DNA of 64,000 nt, from positions 15,190,001 to 15,254,000 of the forward strand of contig NC_092671.1 in NCBI RefSeq assembly GCF_964355755.1, given 5' to 3'. The position numbers were made by a program, and so were the translations under genes. Shown in pieces: positions 1-12,400 of the stretch (positions are counted from its first letter, which is position 1; every line of letters starts with the position of its first letter). This DNA is from Antedon mediterranea. Taxonomy: Eukaryota > Animalia > Echinodermata. Below the pieces are notes generated by a model. That model did not search any database and was not told the DNA's origin. It was given only the letters and a program-made list of their open reading frames with translations.

Positions 1-3000
1 GTCAGCTGTTTGACTTAGGCAATTAAGGAGAGCTGACTTATGATCTGCCTAACTCACTGCTTATATCAATATACTATATTTTTTGTGTTTCTGCCTAAGT
101 CAGCTGTGTGACTTAGGCAATTAAGGAGAGCTGACTTATGATCTGCCTAACTCACTGCTTATATCATTATACTGCCCTCTGTACATTTAAATCTGAGTGC
201 TTTTATATACATTTGCACATGCTCAGATCGTTTTTTTGTGTTTCTGCCTAAGTCAACTGTGTGACTTAGGCAATTAAGGAGAGGAGACTCATGATTCTTT
301 AAATAAAATAAGAAATACATTTTTATAGTATATTTTTTAACCCATTTGTTACAAATTCTTTCTCTTTTGTTGCTACTTTCCTTTTCTAAAATCATCAGTG
401 TTAATTTTAATCTGAAGAGCTGATGCTATTAAATTTTGTTACTCAAAGGTAGCATTTTTTGTATATAGATGATATCGACAGCCTCATAACAAAAGTGTCT
501 AAGTCATAATTTGTTTTTTGTTTTTCGATCTAACTCACTGCTTATATCAATATACTATATTTGTTGTGTTTCTGCCCAAGTCATCTGTGTGACTTAGGCA
601 ATTAAGGAGAGCTGACTTATGATCTGCCTAACTCACTGCTTATATCAATATACTATATTTTTTGTGTTTCTGCCTAAGTCAGCTGTGTGACTTAGGCAAT
701 TAAGGAGAGCTGACTTATGATCTGCCTAACTCACTGCTTATATCATTATACTACCCTCTGTACATTATCTGAGTGCTTTTATATACATTTGCACATGCTC
801 AGATCGTTTTTTTTGTGTTTCTGCCTAAGTCAGCTGTGTGACTTAGGCAATTAAGGAGAGGAGACTCATGATTTTTAAAATAAAATAAGAAATACATTTT
901 TATAGTATATTTTTTAACCCATTTGTTACAAATTCTTTCTCTTTTATTGCTACTTTCCTTTTCTACAATCATCTGTGTTAATTTTAATCTGAAGAGCTGA
1001 TGCTATTAAATTTTGTTACTCAAAGGTAGCATTTTTTGTATATAGATGATATCGACAGCCTCATAACAAAAGTGTCTAAGTCATAATTTTTGTTTTGTTT
1101 TTCTGCCTTACTCACTGCTTATATCAATATACTATTTTTTTGTGTTTCTGCCTAAGTCAGCTATGTGACTTAGGCAATTAAGGAGAGCTGACTTATGATC
1201 TGCCTAACTCACTGCTTATATCAATATACTATATTTTTTGTGTTTCTGCCTAAGTCAGCTGTGTGACTTAGGCAATTAAGGAGAGCTGACGTATGATCTG
1301 CCTAACTCACTGCTTATATCAATATACTATATTTTTTGTGTTTCTGCCTAAGTCAGCTGTGTGACTTAGGCAATTAAGGAGAGCTGACGTATGATCTGCC
1401 TAACTCACTGCTTATATCATTATACTGCCCTCTGTACATTATCTGAGTGCTTTTATATACATTTGCACATGCTCAGATTGTTTTTTTGTGTTTCTGCCTA
1501 AGTCAGCTGTGTGACTTAGGCAATTAAGGAGAGGAGACTCATGATTTTTTAAATAAAATAAGAAATGCATTTTTATAGTATATTTTTTAACCCATTTGTT
1601 ACAAATTCTTTTTCTTTTATTGCTACTTTCCTTTTCTAAATTCATCAGTGTTAATTTTAATCTGAAGAGCTGATGCTATTAAATTTTGTTACTTAATAAA
1701 GGTAGCATTTTTTGTATATAGATGATATCGACAGCCTCATAACAAAAGTGTCTAAGTCATAATTTTTTTTGTTCTGCCTAACTCACTGCTTATATCATTA
1801 TACTACATTTTTTTGTGTTTCTGCCTAGACAGCTGTGTGACTTAGGCAATTAAGGAGAGGAGACTCATGATTTTTAAAATAAAATAAGAAATGCATTTTT
1901 ATAGTATATTTTTTAACCCATTTGTTACAAATTCTTTCTCTTTTATTGCTACTTTCCTTTTCTAAAACCATCAGTGTTAATTCTAATCTGAAGAGCTGAT
2001 GCTATTAAATTGTGTTACTTAAAGGTAGCATTTTTTGTATATAGATGATATCGACAGCCTCATAACAAAAGTGTCTAAGTCATAATTTGTTTTTTGTTTT
2101 TCTGTCTAACTCACTGCTTATATCAATATACTATATTTGTTGTTTTTCTGCCCAAGTCAGCTGTGTGACTTAGGCAATTAAGGAGAGCTGACTTATGATC
2201 TGCCTAACTCACTGCTTATATCAATATACTATATTTTTTGTGTTTCTGCCTAAGTCAGCTGTGTGACTTAGGCAATTAAGGAGAGCTGATGTATGATCTG
2301 CCTAACTCACTGCTTATATCATTATACTGCCCTCTGTACATTTAAATCTGAGTGCTTTTATATACATTTGCACATGCTCAGATCGTTTTTTTGTGTTTCT
2401 GCCTAAGTCAGCTGTGTGACTTAGGCAATTAAGGAGAGGAGACCCATGATTTTTTAAATAAAATAAGAAATGCATTTTTATAGTATATTTTTTAACCCAT
2501 TTGTTACAAATTCTTTCTCTTTTATTGCCACTTTCCTTTTCTAAATTCATCAGTGTTAATTTTAATCTGAAGAGCTGATGCTATTAAATTTTGTTACTTA
2601 ATAAAGGTAGCATTTTTTGTATATAGATGATATCGACAGCCTCATAACAAAAGTGTCTAAGTCATAATTTTTTTTGTTCTGCCTAACTCACTGCTTATAT
2701 CAATATACTATATTTGTTGTGTTTCTGCCCAAGTCAGCTGTGTGACTTAGGCAATTAAGGAGAGCTGACTTATGATCTGCCTAACTCACTGCTTATATCA
2801 ATATACTATATTTTTTGTGTTTCTGCCTAAGTCAGCTGTGTGACTTAGGCAATTAAGGAGAGCTGACGTATGATCTGCCTAACTCACTGCTTATATCATT
2901 ATACTACCCTCTGCACATTATCTGAGTGCTTTTATATACATTTGCACATGCTCAGATTGTTTTTTTGTGTTTCTGCCTAAGTCAGCTGTGTGACTTAGGC

Positions 3001-6000
3001 AATTGAGGAGAGGAGACCCATGATTTTTTAAATAAAATAAAAAATGCATTTTTATAGTATATTTTTTAACCCATTTGTTACAAATTCTTTCTCTTTTATT
3101 GCTACTTTCCTTTTCTAAAACCATCAGTGTTAATTTTAATCTGAAGAGCTGATGCTATTAAATTTTGTTACTTAAAGGTAGCATTTTTTGTATATAGATA
3201 ATATCGACAGCCTCATAACAAAAGTGTCTAAGTCATAATTTGTTTTTTGTTTTTCTGCCTAACTCACTGCTAATATCAATATACTATATTTTTTGTGTTT
3301 CTGCCTAAGTCAGCTGTGTGACTTAGGCAATTAAGGAGAGCTGACTTATGATCTGCCTATCTCACTGCTTATATCATTATACTGCCCTCTGTACATTATC
3401 TGAGTGCTTTTATATACATTTGCACATGCTCAGATCGTTTTTTTGTGTTTCTGCCTAAGTCAGCTGTGTGACTTAGGCAATTAAGGAGGGGAGACTCATG
3501 ATTTTTTAAATAAAATAAGAAATACATTTTTATAGTATATTTTTTAACCCATTTGTTACAAATTCTTTCTCTTTTATTGCTACTTTCCTTTCCTAAATTC
3601 ATCAGTGGTAATTTTAATCTGAAGAGCTGATGCTATTAAATTGTGTTACTTAATAAAGGTAGCATTTTTTGTATATAGATGATATCGACAGCCTCATATC
3701 AAAAGTGTCTAAGTCATAATTTTTTTTTCTGCCTAACTCACTGCTTATATCAATATACTACATTTTTTGTGTTTCTGCCTAAGTCAGCTGTGTGACTTAG
3801 GCAATTAAGGAGAGGAGACCCATGATTTTTAAAATAAAATAAGAAATGCATTTTTATAGTATATTTTTTAACCCATTTGTTACAAATTCTTTCGCTTTTA
3901 TTGCTACTTTCCTTTTCTAAAACCATCAGTGTTAATTCTAATCTGAAGAGCTGATGCTATTAAATTGTGTTACTTAAAGGTAGCATTTTTTGAATATAGA
4001 TGATATCGACAGCCTCATAACAAAAGTGTCTAAGTCATAATTTGTTTTTTGTTTTTCTGTCTAACTCACTGCTTATATCAATATACTATATTTGTTGTGT
4101 TTCTGCCCAAGTCAGCTGTGTGACTTAGGCAATTAAGGAGAGCTGACTTATGATCTGCCTAACTCACTGCTTATATCAATATACTATATTTTTTGTGTTT
4201 CTGCCTAAGTCAGCTGTGTGACTTAGGCAATTAAGGAGAGCTGACGTATGATCTGCCTAACTCACTGCTTATATCATTATACTGCCCTCTGTACATTATC
4301 TGAGTGCTTTTATATACATTTGCACATGCTCAGATTGTTTTTTTGTGTTTCTGCCTAAGTCAGCTGTGTGACTTAGGCAATTAAGGAGAGGAGACCCATG
4401 ATTTTTTAAATAAAATAAGAAATGCATTTTTATAGTATATTTTTTAACCCATTTGTTACAAATTCTTTCGCTTTTATTGCTACTTTCCTTTTCTAAAACC
4501 ATCAGTGTTAATTTTAATCTGAAGAGCTGATGCTATTAAATTTTGTTACTTAAAGGTAGCATTTTTTGTATATAGATAATATCGACAGCCTCATAACAAA
4601 AGTGTCTAAGTCATAATTTGTTTTTTGTTTTTCTGTCTAACCCACTGCTTATATCAATATACTATATTTGTTGTGTTTCTGCCCAAGTCAGCTGTGTGAC
4701 TTAGGCAATTAAGGAGAGCTGACTTATGATCTGCCTAACTCACTGCTTATATCAATATACTATATTTTTTGTGTTTCTGCCTAAGTCAGCTGTGTGACTT
4801 AGGCAATTAAGGAGAGCTGACGTATGATCTGCCTAACTCACTGCTTATATCATTATACTGCCCTCTGTACATTTAAATCTGAGTGCTTTTATATACATTT
4901 GCACATGCTCAGATCGTTTTTTTGTGTTTCTGCCTAAGTCAGCTGTGTGACTTAGGCAATTAAGGAGAGGAGACTCATGATTTTTTAAATAAAATAAGAA
5001 ATACATTTTTATAGTATATTTTTTAACCCATTTGTTACAAATTCTTTCTCTTTTATTGCTACTTTCCTTTTCTAAAATCATCAGTGTTAATTTTAATCTG
5101 AAGAGCTGATGCTATTAAATTTTGTTACTCAAAGGTAGCATTTTTTGTATATAGATGATATCGACAGCCTCATAACAAAAGTGTCTAAGTCATAATTTTT
5201 GTTTTGTTTTTCTGCCTAACTCACTGTTTATATCAATATACTATTTTTTTGTGTTTCTGCCTAAGTCAGCTGTGTGACTTAGGCAATTAAGGAGAGCTGA
5301 CTTGTGATCTGCCTAACTCACTGCTTATATGAATATACTATATTTTGTGTGTTTCTGCCTAAGTCAGCTGTGTGACTTAGGCAATTAAGGAGAGCTGACG
5401 TATGATCTGCCTAACTCACTGCTTATATCATTATACTGCCCTCTGTACATTATCTGAATGCTTTTATATACATTTGCACATGCTCAGATTGTTTTTTTGT
5501 GTTTCTGCCTAAGTCAGCTGTGTGACTTAGGCAATTAAGGAGAGGAGACCCATGATTTTTTAAATAAAATAAGAAATGCATTTTTATAGTATATTTTTTA
5601 ACCCATTTGTTACAAATTCTTTCGCTTTTATTGCTACTTTCCTTTTCTAAAACCATCAGTGTTAATTTTAATCTGAAGAGCTGATGCTATTAAATTTTGT
5701 TACTTAAAGGTAGCATTTTTTGTATATAGATAATATCGACAGCCTCATAACAAAAGTGTCTAAGTCATAATTTGTTTTTTGTTTTTCTGCCTAACTCACT
5801 GCTAATATCAATATACTATATTTTTTGTGTTTCTGCCTAAGTCAGCTGTGTGACTTAGGCAAATAAGGAGAGCTGACTTATGATCTGCCTATCTCACTGC
5901 TTATATCATTATACTGCCCTCTGTACATTATCTGAGTGCTTTTATATACATTTGCACATGCTGAGATCGTTTTTTTGTGTTTCTGCCTAAGTCAGCTGTG

Positions 6001-6648
6001 TGACTTAGGCAATTAAGAAGAGGAGACTCATGATTTTTTAAATAAAATAAGAAATACATTTTTATAGTATATTTTTTAACCCATTTGTTACAAATTCTTT
6101 CTCTTTTATTGCCACTTTTCTTTTCTAAATTCATCAGTGTTAATTTTAATCTGAAGAGCTGATGCTATTAAATTTTGTTACTTAAAGGTAGCATTTTTTG
6201 TATATAGATGATATCGACAGCCTCATAACAAAAGTGTCTAAGTCATAATTTTTTTTTCTGCCTAACTCACTGCTTATATCAATATACTACATTTTTTGTG
6301 TTTCTGCCTAAGTCAGCTGTGTGACTTAGGCAATTAAGGAGAGCTGACTTATGATCTGCCTAACTCACTGCTTATATCAATATACTATATTTTTTGTGTT
6401 TCTGCCTAAGTCAGCTGTGTGACTTAGGCAATTAAGGAGAGCTGACGTATGATCTGCCTAACTCACTGCTTATATCATTATACTGCCCTCTGTACATTTA
6501 AATCTGAGTGCTTTTATATACATTTGCACATGCTCAGATCGTTTTTGTGTTTTTCTGCCTAAGTCAACTGTGTGACTTAGGCAATTAAGGAGAGGAGACT
6601 CATGATTTTTTAAATAAAATAAGAAATACATTTTTATAGTATATTTTT
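1..6648. repeat. Modular satellite array (98-bp, ~152-bp and ~325-bp modules; monomers ~325/478/575/673 bp); extends beyond the window start
   Basis: Marker GGAGAGGAGAC (minor variants) recurs at ~278, 855, 1528, 1854, 2433, 3007, 3485, 3809, 4385, 4964, 5539, 6017, 6589. Modules carry the hairpin TGCCTAAGTCA-gctgtg-TGACTTAGGCA. Copies are near-identical. Confidence 0.97.
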
Positions 6649-6882
6649 AGTCGCGTGGACGCGACTCTATAGTTCACTATGTCGGTCGGTCGGTCTTTCG
6701 GTCGGTCGGTCGGTCGGTCTTTCGATCTGTCGGTCTGTCTGTCGGTCCGGTATCACTATGCGTTTTATCGCTTTTCTGTACTTTTTGAACTGTTTTGATG
6801 TACAGAAAAGTTTTAAAGTACATTACTTTTTGAAAGTTCATTTTTTTCTGAGAGCAATCGACTTATGGCTGTTGGCCTTGTT
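6646..6882 (+). mobile_element. DINE-1/HINE-like non-autonomous Helentron-associated element
   Basis: Starts in a T run; 5' inverted repeat AGTCGCGT-gg-ACGCGACT; internal (GTCG/GTCT)n microsatellite; 3' CGACT sub-terminal repeat followed by a small GGC..GCC hairpin and TTGTT. This is the established DINE-1/pearl architecture. Confidence 0.7.
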
Positions 6883-6883
6883 T

Positions 6884-7680
6884 CAAAAAATTGACATACG
6901 CAGAACCCATTATTCGTCTCTGTGCATGCTTATTATGTAATAGTAACCATTTATGTCAAAAAATAAAAGGGTCGAAAATTGGCCACTTTTCTCAAATTTC
7001 TCCGTACTATAGTACAGGGATATTTTCAAAAAATAGCCAAATTTAGACCTTTTTTATTTTTGGACATAAATGGTTACTACACGTCTATAAGATTCTTATA
7101 ATGCATAGCAATATTATGGCAAAATATCAATATTTTAAAAAGTGCGTATTTTGGCAATTTTTTAGAAGAAAAATCTCTGTACTATAGGCCTAATAGGCCT
7201 ACAGGGATATTTTTAAAAATAGCAAAATTTTAACCTTTTTATTTTTTGACATAAATGGTTACTATATGTCTATAAGATGCTTATAACACAATAATATGCA
7301 CATATATAGCAATATTATTACATATTAACAGTATTAGGCGCTATATAAATACTGTTTATTATTATTATTATTATTTTAAAAATGGCGTATTTTGGCCATT
7401 TTTGGAGACAGATAATTTTTTTAAATGGCCAAAATACGCACTTTTGAAAATACTATTACTATGCAATAACATTGCTATAGGCCTATATGCGCATATATTG
7501 CATTATAACCATCTTATTTCCGATCTTTCTACTTTTCGACATAACTGGTTAGCATATTATCATAATTGACAAGCGCAGAACACGCATGTCAATTATGATA
7601 TGGTAACTAGTTATGTCAAAAATAAAAGAGTTGATATTTGGCAATTTTTGGAAAATTTCCCTGTACTATATAGTACAAAA
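6884..7680. mobile_element. Foldback-like element of nested inverted and direct repeats
   Basis: ~140-bp imperfect palindrome 6941-7079 centred on GTACTATAGTAC; right arm repeated at ~7180-7265; further inverted pairs at ~7375-7450 and ~7537-7618. Confidence 0.6.
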
Positions 7681-8515
7681 AAATTAGTATCTCAATACAT
7701 GTTATTAGTATCGAACTTTAAAAGAAAAAGAATGAGAAAATAGAAAATTTTTTAAATTCTTTGGAAATGCTTCAGCTCTTTTAAATTTATTTAACAAAAT
7801 AAAAAGTGTGAAGGGCTGCCTCTCCTAAAGGAACAGAAAGTTATGAGTTCACGTTAAAAAGTGATATTTACTCATTGTTTAATGTTTTCAGAGCGAACTA
7901 CTTGGAAGCAGACAGCGACAGAGGGCGGCCTATATTGAAGATAAAGCAACACAAGTAATTTGACCAATCATGATCTATCAACCCGTCGCTTGTCATTGGT
8001 CAACACTTTTACGTCCTTGTGTTACGTCCAAGTGGGAGGTGGTATAACAAGAAAATGATAACACAGAATAAAAAGTTGCTTTAGAAAGCGAACGAATTAT
8101 TATAGCCACAGTACGTTGAAAACAAATATACTGCACAACATTCTGAAACACATCCTATAGGCGCCGATTCATAACCCTGGACACGCAACACACAATGCTA
8201 TAATCTGATTTGTTTATATATAGGCCTAATCATATTTTAACATAACATTTATACAAAATATATTCAATTCTGAATTTTAGGTTTTTGTTACCTCCTACAC
8301 GAAATTTCTATTCAATTCAATATAAACACTTATTTCCTTCTATTGAATCATAATTAATATATATATATATATATATATATAAACATCATAGAAACGTAAT
8401 AATAATGTTTAAAAAAGGCAAACAAAAAAATGCATAACACAAACTATTATAATAAAAAATATAAATAATTTCTTTCATCCATGACTGCATTAAAAAGCTG
8501 TCCTTATCTAATGTC

Positions 8516-8686
8516 TAAAGCCTGTTTTCCACCAGACGAATATATTCGCGCGAATCGGACAAACGTAAGTTTTAATTAGTGGCACAATTTTCACGTTAAA
8601 AAAAGTAGGTGCAAATATAAATACGCATGCGCACTAGTCAATGTTTTTCTATTCGCGCGAATACATTAGCGTAGTGCAAAAGAGGC
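8516..8686. mobile_element. Degenerate MITE
   Basis: Imperfect TIRs GCCTGTTTTCCACCAGACGAATATATTCGCGCGAAT ... ATTCGCGCGAATACATTAGCGTAGTGCAAAAGAGGC. Confidence 0.5.
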
Positions 8687-8813
8687 ACAGTAGGTATGAA
8701 TCTTTATTGGTGTAAAGTTTGAATTTAAGACAACCATGAGTATCCTGTTGCCATAATTTGTCCTATACGCTACTCAAACACATTTAACAAACGAATGTAG
8801 CTCTGCAATGACC

Positions 8814-8844
8814 CATGGAGAAATAAGTTAGTTATTTCTCCATG
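8814..8844. repeat. Perfect 13-bp inverted repeat upstream of the receptor gene
   Basis: CATGGAGAAATAA-gttag-TTATTTCTCCATG; the same left arm recurs at 23241. Confidence 0.7.
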
Positions 8845-9300
8845 AATGACCGTACTAATCCTTATTTATAAGTGTATCTTGTGGCGGATGAGTAAGAACA
8901 ATTAATTGACAATACTTAAATCCTACGTGTATTTTAACAGGCTGACCTGGTAAATAAAGGAAGTGACGAGTTATAGAAAAGACGCGTCATCTCTTAGACC
9001 TGTTTGAACGCATTTGTTGCTCCAATCGATAGCGATTTCTCTGGAGGTATCAGTGTTTTGTCTTTTTTCCGTTTCCTGATCTGTATATTCACTAGTATCG
9101 CGTTAAATATATTGCCTGTGGATCCCCACTTGTTGACATTTCTGTATACACCAGTAAACGGTACTTGGCCTAAAATCACATAGGCTTATAATACACGTTT
9201 AGCTGGTACTTGGTTGTTCCTTTTTCCAAAGAGATATATTACCTATGTGAACTTTTAACAAGGATACCAATGCACATTGTGGATTCATTATTGCCTAGAT

Positions 9301-9404
9301 ATGGGAATCGTACATTTAGCTTTGATTTTACCGTTCCTGGTAGGATGTATTGATGGTATGGCTAATAAGGGTAATAAACAACGAAACGGTGGTTATGAGT
9401 GCAG
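9301..9404 (+). CDS. Receptor exon 1 (signal peptide)
   Basis: MGIVHLALILPFLVGCIDGMANKGNKQRNGGYEC; donor AG|GTGAGT, phase 2. Confidence 0.8.
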
Positions 9405-12400
9405 GTGAGTCATTACATTTATTTATTTTTATATTGTGAAAAAGTAAGTAGGCCCACACAGTCATTAACGCATGGAATACATCAGCAGTGAACCATGTGC
9501 ATCTATTTTCAATTTCAATTCAAAAACATTTATTTATGTCTAAAGGCAGCCAGTTGTAGTTTACCGGTATGTGCATAAATATAAATGACAATTACATTTC
9601 GGCAAATGAACAGTGTACTGTACAGATAACAGGTAATAAACGAAAGGAGAATCCTAGACAGGTGTAATCATTGACGAGAAAATATTCAATACCCTCCATG
9701 GTTTACCCTTGTGCCGGGAATGCCAAAAACAAAATAATAGAGAAAACAAATGGAAAATAAATATAAAGTAAACAAAACAGCGTGAACACGCCATAGTGAA
9801 AATGTGATAATAAATAAATTAAATATAGTAATGGGACAGTTATTTAATGTAAAAAAAATGTTACAAAAGACACGATGTGTATATTATTTTACAGTGTGAA
9901 CACACCAGACTTAGGTTATAAATAATACACTTTTGCAAACCACATTTCCAGTATGATGATTCAATCTAATCGCCTAATCTATTTCAGTCAAGAATTGAAC
10001 TACATCTTAAATATCAACGACAGACCTCCAGACAGTATAAAGCAAGTACTGTACGATTTAAATAGAGATAGTGGTGTATTAGTATAATAACGGGCAGTGG
10101 TGTAGCAGTATAATAGAGGTAGTGGTGTAGCAGTATGATAAAAGTAGTGGTGTAGCAGTATAATAGAGGTAGTGGTGTAGCAGTATAATAGAGGTAGTGG
10201 TGTAGCAGTATAATAGAGGTAGTGGTGTAGCAGTATAATAAAAGTAGTGGTGTAGCAGTATAATAGAGGTAGTGGTGTAGCAGTATAATAAAAGTAGTGG
10301 TGTAGCAGTATAATAGAGGTAGTGGTGTAGCAGTATAATAGAGCTAGTGGTGTAGCAGTATGATAAAAGTAGTGGTGTAGCAGTATAATAGAGGTAGTGG
10401 TGTAGCAGTATAATAGAGGTAGTGGTGTAGCAGTATAATAGAGGTAGTGGTGTAGCAGTATAATAGAGGTATTGGCGTAGCAGTATAATAGAGGTATTGG
10501 TGTAGCAGTATAATAGAGGTATTGGCGTAGCAGTATAATAGAGGTATTGGCGTAGCAGTATGATAAAAGTAGTGGTGTAGCAGTATAATAGAGGTAGTGG
10601 TGTAGCAGTATAATAGAGGTAGTGGTGTAGCAGTATAATAGAGGTAGTGGTGTAGCAGTATAATAGAGCTAGTGGTGTAGCAGTATAATAGAGGTATTGG
10701 CGTAGCAGGATAATAGAGGTAGTGGTGTAGCAGTATAATAGAGGTATTGGCGTAGCAGGATAATAGAGGTAGTGGTGTAGCAGTATAATAGAGGTAGTGG
10801 TGTAGCAGTATAATAGAGGTAGTGGTGTAGCAGTATAATAGAGCTAGTGGTGTAGCAGTATAATAGAGGTATTGGCGTAGCAGGATAATAGAGGTAGTGG
10901 TGTAGCAGTATAATAGAGGTAGTGGTGTAGCAGTATAATAGAGGTAGTGGTGTAGCAGTATAATAGAGGTAGTGGTGTAGCAGTATAATAGAGGTAGTGG
11001 TGTAGCAGTATAATAGAGGTAGTGGTGTAGCAGTATAATAGAGGTATTGGCGTAGCAGGATAATAGAGGTAGTGGTGTAGCAGTATAATAGAGGTAGTGG
11101 TGTAGCAGTATAATGGAGGTAGTGGTGTAGCAGTATGATAAAAGTAGTGGTGTAGCAGTATAATAGAGGTATGGTGTAGCAGTATGATAAAGGTAGTGGT
11201 GTAGCAGTATAAGAGAGATAGTGACTTAGCAGTATAATACCTCTATTATACTGTTACGTCACTATCTCTCTTATACTGCTACACCACTACCTCTCTTATA
11301 CTGCTACACCACTACCGCTATTATACTGCTACGTCACTATCTCTCTTATACTGCTACACCAGTACCTCTATTATACTACTACGTCACTATCTCTATTATA
11401 CTGCTACACCACTACCTCTCTTATACTGCTACACCACTACCTCTATTATACTGCTACGTCACTATCTATACTGTTATACCACTACCTCTATTATACTACT
11501 AATAATGAAATGATTGAAATTTATATTTATACTGGGTAACCTCTTCAGTCAAAGACTGGTCTCCCAGAGGGCCCAGTTGGTGATCAGTGGCTGTGATGTA
11601 CTAATACACCGGGGTAACCCCCTACTCGTCTCGAAAGATGTACTAGGTTCTTTAAAGTGCACACGAGCTAGATGTGTACACTGGACCTACGGTTTATAGT
11701 CCTTATCCGAGAAGACTCGTTCTACTACCAGAACCATGGAGTGAGTGAGCCTCGAACCCCTGCCGATGTTATGACTACGTAATTACGGTTTCACTGTCTC
11801 AACCGCTCGGCCACTCACTCACTCAAGTGATAATAATAATAATATCCTGGATTTATATAGCGCCTAATGTTGTAAAACCTCTAAGCGCTGAACAATATTA
11901 ACCCATTTTTGGATCACCACTATCCCTATACTATATACTAACTGTAACACTTGTTCTGCCACACTATTATTATTAACAGTACAGTACTATTTCTGCATAC
12001 CTTCTATTCTTTTGTGTTACGTTGAAAGTTTGTGATACATAAATTATGAACGCACGAACTACCGACACTGAATAACCAGTAGTAATACATTAGGTAGACG
12101 AAAATATCGTAAGGTGTTTCAATGGTTAATAGTTTATTAAAGTGGACATGGATTTAAATAGACAGATTGGGTATATGACGGAGACTCATTCAGTGTTATA
12201 GTCATATACAATGAAATCAAACTGAATTATGATGATAAGATGTAAATATGCATAGAACTACATAATAGTCTGACTGTACATAATAAAATAAAACGATATT
12301 GTCTTAAACAATGGTTGAAATTCTAGACAGAGCGATGTAAAAATAATAGCAACGAATGTAGGTCCACAGAGAAAGGAGAGGAAAAGATTTAATATATGTC

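Noticed and set aside
159-6134. Nine near-identical 68-78-aa minus-strand ORFs
   Set aside because: They are translations of the satellite; they rely on non-ATG starts, are broken by homopolymer indels in other units and resemble no protein.
1-6648. CRISPR-like array (palindromic repeat at regular spacing)
   Set aside because: Inter-hairpin sequences are themselves repeated rather than unique spacers, there are no cas genes and the context is eukaryotic.
9301-9355. Shorter exon 1 using the GTATGG donor at 9356
   Set aside because: The stronger GTGAGT donor at 9405 fits exon 2 in phase; kept only as a possible minor variant.
11745-11824. tRNA gene
   Set aside because: A and B boxes are present, but there is no proper cloverleaf and it continues into a SINE body and tail.
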